Source: Podarcis bocagei (taxonomy: Eukaryota). From it: a stretch of 64,000 nucleotides of DNA. The position numbers and the translations under genes were made by a program. The stretch lies in NCBI GenBank assembly GCA_964188305.1, contig OZ076889.1, one strand, 5' to 3'. The notes beneath the pieces were generated by a model. It did no database searches and was not told the DNA's origin. It saw only the letters and a list, made by a program, of their open reading frames with translations. Positions 10,334 through 46,303 of the stretch are shown here, piece after piece; the first letter of the stretch is position 1; each line of letters begins with the position of its first letter.

Positions 10334-11725
10334 TAAATAGGTACCGCTCCAGCGGGAAGGTAAACTGCTCTGGTTCGCCAGAAGCAGCTTAGTCATGCTG
10401 GCCACATGACCCGGAAGCTGTACACCGGCCAATAAAGCGAGATGAGCACCGCAACCCCAGTCGGCCACGACTGGACCTAATGGTCAGGGGTCCCTTTGCC
10501 TTTAACTTACCCACTGATGGTAAATTTTGTTTAACTTCCCTCTTTTGTAACATCCTCAAGCTTCATTTAAGCTGTGTAAGTTTTTGTTTTTTAAAGTGTA
10601 TTGTCTTTAATATAGTAAAAGTTTTAAAGAGGTTCGTTACAGAACAGTTGCAGAACAGTATGTGCACCTACCGTTCTCCATTAATCTGTGTTGTCTTTTG
10701 TTGAGTTTTCAGGGATTTGTTTTACTGGATTATTATATAGTCCACCAAAACTGAGCACCTTTTTAAAGGGAGAACAGTGACACCCACAGGAGATAGACCA
10801 GCCAAGATTTTAGGTACAGTAATCCTGTAATGCACTGGTTTTTCCAACTGGTGGATTGGGAGAGTTTCAGCCTGATCTAAGTGGGGTCACAACAGCAGCA
10901 TGCAAACATATGTTAAATGATGAAGAAAAGTTCATGTTCAGCTCCTGTTAATGATCTTTTTGTCAGGGAGGTGCATGCCTTTGCCAGGGTATGCTCCTAC
11001 TGCCTTGATGCAAATATCTGTTTTGTCTTGGAAGGTTAAGTACCCTGAGACTTAAGCTGCATACACACTTAACTGTTGAAAGTGTGAAACCATATATCTG
11101 AATAAGGTATTATGCATACTTGCTTACAACTTGCTGCTTTCCATCCACAAAGGTGGGTATGGTTAGGTGATATACACTGGAAATCCCTCCCTTTGATAGG
11201 GTTTCCTATGCTTTTTCTATACACACCTATTATCTCCCACAGGAACATGAGTACCTGTGCGTGTAGGTTATAACTGTTGTTGTAATTTGTACATTAATAT
11301 TATTGGACAAGTTCAGATTTTTCAGACAATCAGAAAAAAGCAGGAACTGTCAGTTAAAAGTATTGCTATTTTTCTAGGAAAAAAGGTGCGGGAACTCATC
11401 ATAAACACCTCCCTCGTTCTTTTAGAATGGCCCTTGCCCACTTTGAAATAGGCGTAAGACCTCTGGAATATGTGGGTATTTTCCTCCCTGCCTGAAGCAA
11501 AGCCACTCAAGCACACCCATTGAGTTGGCAATCTAGAAAGCCCTGGAAGAGGAGTAGCCACATGTATAAGGCTAATTGAAATAATTAAGATCAGGAGCAA
11601 TATTTTTAAATTTGTCCTATTCCTTGTTTTAGAACAGCGTCCATAGTGCAATGTATAATAATTAGACATCTTTGAGAATAGAAATGCCAAAATAATTTCT
11701 CATTTCTCTATCAGGTGTCAAAGTC

Positions 11726-11731
11726 TTTATT
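11726..11731 (-). terminator. Candidate WDR47 polyadenylation signal AATAAA (3' UTR about 1.4 kb)
   Basis: AATAAA on the minus strand at the end of an AT-rich 3' UTR-like tract; alternatives at 11812-11817 and 12742-12747. Confidence 0.5.
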
Positions 11732-13095
11732 GAGTTTAAAGCACGTATACATTTCTATGGTAACCTCAACTTTTTATGATAGTTAAAAAGGTCTTGCTAC
11801 AGTGCACATAATTTATTATTAAGAACCAAATCTTAACTGTACTTCAAATAAATAACCTAAATATTCAAGAATTTAATTTAAAACCATAACTGTACAATAT
11901 GAAAATATAAACAATACATAAAACATAATACTCTAAAGATATTTAGAAATAAATTTGTAATTCTGTATTATATAGACAGTGCAAGAAATTAAAAAAAAAT
12001 ATCAAATAAGCCTCTGAACTGGGAAATCATTTACTTTTACATTATCATGCAGACATAGCATTTCAAGCCATGCTGTTGCCTTTAATATGGTACTCTACAT
12101 GCACACACAGGAGAAACAGCATGTGCAGCCAGAGGTTGCTTTGAAGACTTCATCATAGTCATTTGCACAGTTACAATAGCAAGCTACTTCTCCGCTTCAT
12201 ATATATTAAAATCTTCAGCAATACAATCAGTTCTGATAGAAACTTCAGAGAAATCCCTAGCTGCATACAGTTTTCTCCCATGTGTGCATGAGGGTTTGAG
12301 GAATCGTGGCTGTAGTTATTAAAATTACTCTTACCAACCATATCCAACTGCATGCTTTCTTTCCTACGGTACCTTACAAAGAGGTATTTTGTTGCATTCA
12401 AAAGTTTTAACATCTCTTCAGCAAACCAATAGGCTTTTTCCCCACCTAAAGCTTAGGAGTGTAGAACATCCAATCAAAACAATCTCAGTTAAAAACCAAC
12501 ATATTATACCTAATGGACTGTGATCAAGAGTCAGCCACTACCTAACCACCTTTCAAGTTCACAATTATAGATACTAAAATCAAAATATGAAATTTTGATG
12601 CAAAACAAATTTGACCACTAGTTAAGATGTGATGTAAGCAACGGTGTAAAATACAGCATAACTAGTTGTTGTTTTAAAAAAATCTATTTTGTGTGGACCT
12701 AGCGATATTTCATGTGAACTTGAGTTAATTATGAATCAGTTTTTATTCCTGTAGAAAATAAAACAGTCATAGAGGCAAAGACCAGAGAATGCAATAAACA
12801 CTAAACTGTAAACACATAATTAGTCTTTTGGAGTGCACACTGACATTGCAAGAGCTTGTTCAACAGACTTCGGCAACAAGACTACGATAGGTCACAGCAG
12901 CATGAGATCACATGGAAAGCACTGAACAATAATACTATCACACACCAACACCTCCTAGCAATCAGGTAACTGAAGGGAAACATCTCTTCTCCATGAGATG
13001 CTTTCCTGATCAAATGCTGCTCTTTTTAATGCCTAATTTAATGTTCCAATAGTCTTAAATGTGTGTGCTTTATCTGTAGGCTTAAAAACTACTCT

Positions 13096-35588
<22,493 letters not shown>

Positions 35589-38500
35589 CTAAAGTTCATG
35601 CAGCTCAATGTAGCATCACTAATAATTTGGCCCAATTGTACAGCTAGCAGTTCAGCTTCATACAGAGGGCTACGAATATCAAGGGCAGATTATGTTTTAC
35701 TTAACTATGTTTCAGTTTACAAGCGTTTAGTAGCATAAAGAACATTTGAACAACAGCTCCTTTAGAAAAAAACTCAATATGCGTTAAAGCAGAATATCTG
35801 GCTATTCAGAAAGTGTACATTTTGTTGGTTACATTGGGGGGGTGGGTGGGACCCCATAACAGTAATCTACTTTAGAATTATTAATATTATTAAGCAAAAA
35901 TAATTGTTAATTTTACCATGAATTATCAGCATGATTGAATAACGTAACAATCTTGCAAACTGCTACCTGCATTTTATCAAAGTGCCTTGCGTGCTATGGA
36001 GTATTTCTGCCTACATTTTTGTTTTAGCAAATTAATATTTAAGATCCAGGCAAAAACATTACTTAATATAGACTTCATGTGATTTGGCCTTTCCTATCGT
36101 ATGCTCCAAATCAAATCCAAAGATCAAGTAAATGTGCACTATCAATAATACCATCTGTGCATTATGCACTAACAAAATGAAACAAAAAAGAGAAAGGGGA
36201 GATTTTCAGTGGCTGCTGCAACATTCATTTTCTTTTGAATATTATTTTATGATAAACTATGTACAAGACTTTTTCTGTTTAAGTTCCTGCAGAAGGTTAA
36301 AGGAAAGAGTAAAAATCATTGTATTTATTCGTTTTTTTAGATTTGTAGCTGCTTCTCAGTTACTTGTCTCAAGAATGGAATACAGATTGAAATCTTACAC
36401 TGAGTAATACAAAATGACCATTTCGACCACACATCTCCTTACCACTTGACAGGATATAAACTAGTATGCCAAGTATTAATATGCATACTGTTTTCATTTA
36501 CCATTTGCTTAATGAACTGTTTGTATCTGCCAACTGTATATGAATCTGTATTTGAAACTTAGTCATTTGTGTTCTAACAGTAAGGTTTCAAATCTCTTAT
36601 TTAAAATTCTGTTTGAATAAATGTTTCACAAGTCCCTCTGCCCAGCACTTGATACAGTCCTAAACCTCTGTATATATAGAAATTTTGAACTGGTTTCTTG
36701 CTGTTTTTCCTTCTTCCCATAATAAAGTCACATAAAAATGGTGATTAGCTGTCACTTTCCACTCCACATACACATAAACATGTGCATTTGTCACTTACAA
36801 CATGATTTCCTACATGGAAATTATATCTGTAGGAAAAGAGTCTTGTGTGAAGTATTCCCAAGTGTGTTCATAAAAAGTCACTATTATGTATTTCATCTAC
36901 AGAGATAGTCGATAAGGAGGAATCCTTAGTGTTTAGTGTTTGTAAAATGATAGTGAGAGGTAATGCTCATGGTATGCCAGACATGAAGATTTCATCCTGG
37001 GCATTTGTACTATTCTACTTCATAGTCTTCATGATTATTCTTTCCATGGTTGTGAGGGTCTCATTTAAACAGCATATCTAGCCCAGCAAACATACTGTTA
37101 ATAGGTACTGAGCAATACAATACAAGTACTGAATCTTTGTAATCACAAATAATTCTTCATGTCTGAAAGGATTGCACTGTATTAAAAGAAGCATGTACAT
37201 TTTGCTTAAGGCTGAAGACAGATCTAGAAAAAAGGGATCAAAGGGTAAGCTGAAAGGAAGTACTGGAGAAGCTGCTTCTCTACTAGCAGATGGATGGGGC
37301 CAGAGTATACTTCTCTTTAATTCTGCAGTTGCAGCAGTTTCCCAAACCTGACAAACTCCCTACTGGTCTTCCCTCCTTCCATTATGTTCTACCTGAAGAG
37401 TAGGGAATGTAGCTTCTTCAGCAGTCTTTAATCCTGTGGCAAACTGGGGTCACAGTGTGCTTGCCTTCAGCTCTGCAGTGCCAGGACAACTCCCATGATT
37501 CATTGTTAGTCACAGACATGTCAGTTTCCAGCACTGCTTTCTCCCACCCAGAACTTCAGAATCCCAATTGTAAGAACTCACAGGCAGAGTTGCAATTGAG
37601 ACCAATGATGTAGGGATATGCACATGTCAATCTGGATGTGTTAATTAGTATGTCAGTTGTATTCTAGTACTGTAGTTATATTTCATTTCCTCGTTTGTGT
37701 TGCATTTTAAGTTTTGCAGCATTTCATGGCCTGTCCAGCATGCACTGTCTTTGTCAGAAACAAATGTGAGCTCAAAAAGATCCCGCCAGACACAATATCA
37801 ATTGTCCAGGGAGTGAGATTTTGCATTAAATAGGACTGGCTCTAATCTGCAGTCAGATTTTAAGACACAGAAGGCTAGAATAAGAAAAATCACATATTGA
37901 CATACACACCCATAAATCTGAGCCTATGCTCTTGGCTGACATATATGGGGGGTTGGGGTGGATAGAGGGAGAGAGAAAATAAGAAGCAGCTGAGCCACAG
38001 AAGGTGTTAGGCACAGAACACAAAACAACTCTTTGCTCAGTGTATGTGGAGGAGAAACCACAAAGACTCTAGGCAAGTGAGATGTCTTTCCCTCTTGAAG
38101 GCAGCTGCTCACATTTCATCATAATTGTTTCAGTTCCCATTAAGCATTTGGGACAGACATTTGATCCTTGGAGATATTCTCTGTATAGATGGGAACCTCA
38201 GAGGAACTAAACTGATTGACAATCGTAAGTACAAAAACTATATAATATTTTATCACAGCCTCTAAAATCGCTCCCCTTCTCCATCTCAAAAGATCCCAGA
38301 TTTTTAGTAGTATTTTTAATGATACTATGACTTATCAAATAATTTAACAACCTCATTTTCAGGAATCATGTTTAGCTATCCACTAAGTTTCTTAGGATTA
38401 GGAGACTACAAATACATCTCATGTGAAACAGGATCCCAAGATTTCAATTTTACAATTTAGAGTAGTACAGATAACATACTTCCTGTGTTAGTAATTTTAT

Positions 38501-39212
38501 TAAATATTTATACATGCTATTGATGCAGAAAGTGTTATGATATACAATACGTTGCCAGGGAGTAGATTTACACTAAGCAGCAGCTTTAATGGGAGTGTCA
38601 ACAGAAACCTTTTTACAAATTAGATGTCTTACACACTTCCCAATATGTAAGTAGAACAGGCACCAATACCTTCTCTAAGTTGTATAGAAGACGAAATTTC
38701 AGCATGTGCAGCTTTTCTCAACCTTGCATTACAAACTCAATCTGCTGGAATTCCCTCTTCTACACAACAATCAAAGATGCATAAACCTTTTCTTCTCTTG
38801 TATCTGGTCAACCAGAGTAAGATTATTATAGACAGGCTCACTAGAAATTAGCAGAAGGCAATATTCTAAATTCCCTTAAAGAGAGTGCAATTATCAGTTC
38901 TATAACAGTAACTAAAAGACAGTGGTGGGAACCTCCAATCCAGCTTAATTAGGCCTGCCAGGACTCAGATGTTGGCTCACCAGGCCATTTGGGGCAAACC
39001 ACACCCACCTTTTCTGACCCAACATCGTAGGAAAGGTCAAGCATCAAAAAATTATTTGCATCAGCAAGTCAATACAGTGAAAGAAAAGGCATCAGATTCA
39101 GAAAGTACTGATTTTTTTATGCAAAGAAAGAATTTGGAACACACTCTGAATTCAAGTTAAGGATGCAAATAAATGATCTTCATTTGCAGAGAGCCACATC
39201 TCCCTAGGAAAG

Positions 39213-39274
<62 letters not shown>

Positions 39275-41383
39275 TTATTTGTACCCCGCCCATCTGGCTG
39301 GGTTTCCCCAGCCACTCTGGGCAGCTTCCATAGAAACCAAAAATACACTAAAATATCACAAATTAAAAACTTCCCTGAACAGGGCTGCCTTAAGATGTCT
39401 TCTAAATGTCAGGTACTTATTTATCGCTTTGACATCTGGTGGGAGGGCGTTCCACAGGGCAGGCGCCACTACCGAGAAGGCCCTCTGCCTGGTTCCCTGT
39501 AGCTTTGCTTCTCGCAATGAGGGAACTGCCAGAAGGCCCTCGGCACTGGACCTCAGCGTCTGGGCAGAACGATGGGGGTGGAGACGCTCCTTCAGGTATA
39601 CTGGACCGAGGCCGTTTAGGGCTTTAAAGGTCAACACCAACACTTTGAATTGTGCTCGGAAACGTACTGGGAGCCAATGTAGGTCTTTCAAGACCGGTGT
39701 TATGTGGTCTCGGCGGCCGCCCCCAGTCACCAGTCTAGCTGCCGCATTCTGGATTAGTTGTAGTTTCCGAGTCACCTTCAAAGGTAGCCCCACATAGAGC
39801 GCATTGCAGTAGTCCAAGCGGGAGATAACTGGAGCATGCACCACTCTGGCGAGACAGTCCGTGGGCAGGGTCTCAGCCTGCGTACCAGGTGGAGTTGGTA
39901 GACAGCTGCCCTGGATACAGAATTGACCTGCGCCTCCATGGACAGCTGTGAGTCCAAAATGACTCCCAGGCTGTGCACCTGGTCCTTCAGGGGCGCAGTT
40001 ACCCTATTCAGGACCAGGGAGTCCTCCACACCAGCCCGCCCCCTGTCCCCCGAAAACAGTACTTCTGTCTTGTCAGGATTCAACTTCAATCCATTAGCCG
40101 CCATCCATCCTCCAACTGCCTCCAGGCACTCACACAGGACCTTCACTGCCTTCACTGGTTCTGATTTGAAAGAGAGGTAGAGCTGGGTATCATCTGCATA
40201 TTGATGGACACCCAGTCCAAACCCCCTGATGATCTCTCCCAGCGGCTTCATATAGATGTTAAAAAGCATGGGGGAGAGGACGGAACCCTGAGGCACCCCA
40301 CAAGTGACGGCCCAGGGGTCTGAACACTCATCCCCCACCACCACTTTCTGAACACGGCCCAGGAGGAAGGAGCGAAACCACTGTATAACAGTGCCCTCAG
40401 CTCCCAGCCCCTCTAGACGGTCCAGAAGGATGTTATGGTCGATTGTATCAAAGGCCGCTGAGAGATCCAGCAGAACTAGGAAACAACTCTCACCTTTGTT
40501 CCTAGCTCGCCGGAGATCATCAACCAGTGCGACCAAGGCAGTTTCAGTCCCATGATGAGGCCTGAATCCCGATTAGAAGGGATCCAAATGGTCCGCATCC
40601 TCCAGGCGTGCCTGGAGTTGTTCAGCAACCACGCGCTCAATCACCTTGCCCAAGAATGGAAGATTTGAGACTGGGCGATAGTTGGCCATACTGGCCGGGT
40701 CTAAAGATGTTTTTTTAAGAAGCGGTTTAATGACCGCCTCTTTCAGCGGATCTGGGAATGTTCCCTCACAGAGGGAAGCATTCACCACCCCACAGAGCCC
40801 ATCGCCCAGCCCTTCCCGGCTTGCTTTTATTAGCCAGGATGGGCAAGGCTCAAGGAGACAGGTGGTTGGTTTGACGCGTCCAAGCAGCCTGTCCACATCC
40901 TCGGGGGTAATGGATTGAAATTGATTCCATGCAACTTGACCAGACAGAGCTCTAGCACTCTCCCGCCCCAGCCCTGCTCCCATGGTGGTGTCTATCTAGC
41001 TCCTTCTGAATATGAGTGATTTTATCTGCAAAAAAACTTTGCAAAATCGTTGCAGGAGATCTTGGGGTCTTTACAAGGCCCCGGTGGTAAAGGTGGTTCC
41101 GTTAAATTGTGAACCACCTGAAAGAGTCTCCTGCTACTATTTTCTGCAGATGCAATAGAGGCGGTGAAGAAAGTCTTCTTCGCCGTCGCTATTGCCACTT
41201 GGTAGGCTCGACGTTGAGCTCTAACCTGTGTCCGGTCAGATTCGGAGTGAGTTATCTGCTACTGACGCTCTAGCCGTCTCAGCGATTGTTTCATCGCCCT
41301 CAGCTCCGAAGAAAACCACGGGGCTGTCCGGGCTCCATGCAATCGGAGAGGGCGCTTCGGAGCCAAGGGCGCTTCGGAGCCAA
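39213..41383 (-). mobile_element. L2-clade LINE, 5'-truncated and relatively intact, with a trinucleotide tail
   Basis: ORFs 39356-39844, 39778-40536 and 40573-40983 carry RT motifs; (AAT)n tail on the plus strand at 39213-39273. Confidence 0.92.
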
Positions 41384-44167
41384 AGGATCCTTCACATCCC
41401 TGGTTTTAATTCAAGCCAGGCTGCAAAGAAAGAATAAAAAGTACACTCCCAATTCCTTCTATTGAACTTAAATCACCTGTCAAAAAAACCCTTGGAGGAT
41501 GGGGACCTCAGAATCCATCCCACCCTGATATAGGATGCAAAGAGCACTGCTGCAGCACTAATATTGCTGTGTGTGCTGCTTCTTGTGAGCTTAAAAGCTG
41601 AAATAGGTAGCACATGTTGTGGAGATTACACTGCAGTGCTCCTTCCAGCTTTGCCTAAGCACTGGAAGTAAGGCGCATCAGATGTTACATAGCTACTATT
41701 GAAGTCCCAGTCTAAGAAGTTATCCTCCTCGCTATATATGGAACAGAGAATTAACATTCCTGTTTACATGTAATGCTAAGACCATGGCTTAGCACAAACA
41801 AGCACACATGCCACCTCTTGGGGAGGAGATTGTGGTTTGTCTTTATGCGTCATCTGAATTTAGGTTCATGGTTTAAGCTCTCTCAGACAAACCATGAGCT
41901 GTATATCATAGGACAAGCCAAGCAGAAAAGTGAAGTGTGAATTGGCCCTAAACACACAATCATATTCCCTTGGAAGGAACAATCATTTTTGTTTATCATA
42001 GCTTTCAATTCTTGAATTAGAAGTTGGTAATGAGTGTTTTAAGTGGTAAGGAAAAACTAACAGCTCTTATTTAAAAGTCCTGTACCAGTGACCAAGTTTT
42101 TTAATTTGATGAAAAATAGAAGTTGGGATATTTGTCATGTTAATACTGATGGAGATATCAAACATTTATTGACCTAGTATTTGTCTCACAATTGTTTTTA
42201 TCATGCATAAAAATTGGGATAAAGATAGAAAAAAGTAACAAAGAGTAAACTACAGTACCCTGATCCAGATAAGAAGATCCTGGAGATAAATGTTAGGACA
42301 GTGGTGTTGTGTGAGCCCCACAGCACCAAGGGCAGGTGGGCACAAGCACTCGGAGATGGGGCATGCTGGGGGCAGAGGGAGAAGGAGCCTACCACAGTAC
42401 CCCAGCAGCCCCATATGCCTGGCATGCCAAAGGAAAAACAAGCCTGACTTGGGAGTGGAGCAACTGCTGCTGCCCCCCACACCCCAGCCCCAAAGGCCAG
42501 CCTGGGCATGGCTTCCCTCAATAAAATAACTATTGGGAGGTGCCTGGTTGTGCCCCCTCAAAAAAATGCACCCAGGGCAATGCCCCCCAAGCTTCTGCAC
42601 ACTCATTACGTTTTGGATCAGGACATGCACATACAAATTAACTGTACTTTCCAATGTGCACCCAAACACAGACATCTCCTATAGGTACTATATTCTTTTA
42701 TTTTCAATGAGATGCATATTTGGATGTGCATCCACAGCCTAGTACAATTATGAGTGAATACCATTTTTACACATGACTAAAGTTGGATTGGGGCATTGTC
42801 TCTGCATTTGGAAAGTTCTGTCTGTCTTGTACAATAATTCATTCTACATGCTAGTGTGAAGAACCCTACAGCTTAGTCACAGGGCAACAAGACAAAAAGT
42901 TTAGTTCTACCAAAGAAATAAGTCCAGTAAGAAAATAAGCTTATGTATGTGGAAGCATTTTGTAAGTAACTAGTCAATAGAATTATAATGTTACTAGAGA
43001 TTTATAGGCTCAGAATAAACAACAGAAAAATTAAAGGAAATCCTGTCCTCCCCCCATTTTTCTAGTGTCCCCCCCCAGGTCTTCACATCTCTAAAATTAA
43101 TAAAACACACTGGTTCATCAATATACTCATATCAGGGACTATAAGGCATATGCAAAGGAGATTTTATCACACTGGGAGATAAACCACCATCCAGAAAATC
43201 TGAAAGATGCAGCTCAAGCTCCTCAGTATGCCGCAAACAGCCAGCACATATGGCACACAACGTCACCAAAGTGATCCAAGGCTAATACTTCAGAATGACT
43301 GAAGGATTTAGAATCCCTTTCTTTTTAATACACATTTTGAATTTGCAGGTTTTCTTCCAATTCTGATTTAATTATTTGTTGAAAAAGCAAAGCTTTCGTA
43401 GCGTATCACCACTCAGACATTCCAATATTTTTTACAGAAATGTAAGTCATATATCCTTACTCCACATAACAGCTTATATTGGTCAGCTATGACAACCAAT
43501 TGACACAGATGGAAATAACTAAGGCTTTGCTTCAGTAGCGTCTTTCTCTGTGAGAGTTAAATTGTCATTGCATGCAATCTTGACTAAGCCTTTTCTAAGT
43601 AGACTAGCAAGCGTTGCCGTCATTGCATGAGACAATGGTCTAAAATAAATGCAAGCATACCATAAGGGATACCAAAAAGAAAAATAAATTCAAGGAGCAC
43701 ATTGCTAAAAATATTAAGACAAAAAACAAATATGCATGCTGGGAGGTCTCTGCCCCAAGGCTTGCTCTGCTGTCCAACCCCACCATCAGCACTTCCCAAC
43801 ATTAGCCCCATAAAGCTTCCCCTACCCACCCTATGCAACTACTAAATCTCCTTTTCACCTTCACAGCCCTATTTTTGAAACCACTTCTCTCCTCTGTTCT
43901 GCAGCTGCACTTTGTCCCCAAAACTAGATGACTTTAAAAGGGGATTAGACAAATTTATGAAGGATAAGGCTATCAAGGCTAGTAGGCCACTGCTGGAAAG
44001 CTTGCTGGAAATCACAAGTGAGGAGAATGCTGGTGTGCTCAGGTCCTGCTTGCATGCCTTCCATAGGTATCTGAAAAGGTGGAGAGATTTTCCTGCCTGA
44101 AAAACTTCCTACCTTCTCACTATTTGCAACTTCCAATTTACAGTGCAATCTTATGCATGTATACTTG

Positions 44168-44763
44168 GACCTCATCTACACTATACTGCACTAAAGTAGT
44201 ATAGACAGTTTTAAGCAGCTAACCACTTTGAACAGTTATGCTTTCCTGCAAAGCAGCCTGAGAACTAAAGTTTAAGGGTGCTGAGAGCTGTTAGGAGGCC
44301 CCAATTCCCCTCACAGAACTACAGTTGCAGGAGTTTCCTGGGAAGAGGGACTGATTGCTAAACCACACTGGAATTGTAGCTTGGGGAGCAAAATAGGGGA
44401 TCTCCTAACAACTCTCAGCACTCTCTCAGCAACTACACTTCCCATGATGCTTTTGGGGAAGCCACAGCTGTTTAAAGTGATATAGTGATATAATGGAAAG
44501 CCAGTGTCGTGTAGTGGTTAGGATGTCTGGCTAGGACCTGTACAACCAAGGTTCAAATCTCCACTTAGCCATAAAGCTCACTGGGTGACCTTGGGCCAGT
44601 CACTCTCAGCTCAACCTACCTCACAGGGTTGTTGTGAAGATCAAATGGGGAGGGGAACTATTTACGCCACCTTGAGCTTGCTGGAGGAAAGGTGGGATAT
44701 AAATGCAATCAATCAATCAATCAATCAATAATTCTGCTTTAAATACATAGTGCAGATGAGGCC
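44168..44763. mobile_element. Possible PIF/Harbinger-like MITE containing a nested tRNA-derived SINE
   Basis: TIRs GACCTCATCTACACTA / TAGTGCAGATGAGGCC; TTG/TTA flanks. Confidence 0.5.
44495..44730 (+). mobile_element. tRNA-derived (CORE/MIR-like) SINE
   Basis: A box TGTAGTGGTTAG, B box GGTTCAAATC, core GGGTGACCTTGGGCCAGTCAC, (CAAT)n tail. Confidence 0.8.
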
Positions 44764-44974
44764 TTAGAAGTAAATCCCACTGAGTTCGATGGGACTTACT
44801 TCCAGATAAGTGAGTACAAGATTTAAGGCTTAGTACACAAGTAACAATTTATTTCTTAAAAGCTGCTTTAAGGTAATAAATTGAGCATTGTCTTAAATCA
44901 CAAATTAATAAATGTATTTTATAGATGCTAAGATTATATTTTAATTATAATTTAGTGTCTTTAGAGCTAAATTA

Positions 44975-45301
44975 CAGTGGTGCCCCGCAAGACGAATGCC
45001 TCGCAAGACGGAAAACTCGCTAGATGAAAGAGTTTTCCGTTTTGGAGGTGCTTCGCAAAACGAATTTCCTATGGGCTTGCTTCGAAAGACGACAATGTCT
45101 TGCGAGTTCCTGCTGGTTCCCCCCCCTTTTTCCTAAGCCGCTAAGCTGCTTATCAGCTGATCCGATCAGCAGATAAGCCGCTAAAAGCCGCTAATAGCGC
45201 TAATCCGCAAATCCGTCAATGGGCTTGCTTCGCAAGACGAAAAAACCGCTAGACGAAGAGAATCACAGAACGGATTATTTTCGTCTTGCGAGGCACCACT
45301 G
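44975..45301. mobile_element. Tigger-like MITE
   Basis: TIRs CAGTGGTGCCCCGCAAGACGAA / TTCGTCTTGCGAGGCACCACTG with TA TSD. Confidence 0.87.
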
Positions 45302-46174
45302 TACTGTGAGTATATCTAATACTAAGTTTCTTCCCTCCACTGTAGCTTGTGGTTTGGCTCTCTTCGTATATTTATTTATTCAGCAAGCTAGATTAACTGT
45401 GTGATGCAATGTGGCTTTAACACGATCATATTGCAGAACACAAGTTGTCAGGTAATTCTGCCTTGAAACAACAGGCTAGCCAACAGTACAATCCTATCTA
45501 TGTGTCAGAAGAATGTACCAGTGTGGTACTTCCCATCTCTAGTGTGTTTAGTATTGAAGCTTGCCTGAAGCACTTGTTGGTTCCTTTCATTTCTTTGATT
45601 GTTAAACTGAAGTGTTAATAAAGAAATTAGAATCTTCTTTAGAAAGGGAACAAACTGTACTTAAGGTCACCCTCAATTTGAGACAGTCCTTCAAGCCCAT
45701 AATTTGAAAAATTAGTTGCTATTGTATAATGATTTATCTCCCAAAATAGCACAGTAGCATCTAAAGTAATTGTAAACAGAAGTTCAATATACAACAGAAA
45801 ACTAAAATAGATTAATATGCAAATAACTGAATATGCATTTGGCATAGTATTTATTATTATTTAAAACACATCCTGACAAAGCACAATTTCTGCAACACAA
45901 AAAGACAGGCAGGCACCTAGGGGCCAAGACACTAGTTTATTATTCCATATTTAGCCTCTCCTAACAGCCTTTTAATCAAAGGATAAGGATAAGTATTTGT
46001 GGCAAATAGGTATTAAGGTAGCATTTAAATTTTAAAAGGTACATAGATTTATTTACATTATGACCATGTATTACTTATTGTTCAGTAAGAAGCATATTTG
46101 AGGGTCAATAACTTTGAATATGGATAAAAAGTGCCCTTTATTTTGTGATTATAACACATATTCATTGTTTATTA

Positions 46175-46303
46175 CAGGGGTGGGAACCTGTGGCCTTGCA
46201 AATTATGTTGGAGGACAGTTCACATCAGCCCTAACCAGCAGCACCAGGATGATGGGATTTGTAGTGCCGCAACATCTGGAGGGCCACATGTTCCCCACCA
46301 CTG
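46175..46303. mobile_element. Short hAT-type MITE
   Basis: CAGGGGTGGGAAC / GTTCCCCACCACTG ends; TSD GTTTATTA/GTTTACAA. Confidence 0.65.

Larger units (their letters stand above)
8133..10507 (+). mobile_element. Sauria-type SINE interrupted by a 2-kb DNA transposon (SINE parts 8133-8287 and 10336-10507)
   Basis: tRNA-like head with GGTTCGAATCC B box; the two halves join into a sequence homologous to 62155-62501; 13-bp TSD TACCCACTGATGG at 8120-8132 and 10508-10520. Confidence 0.9.
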
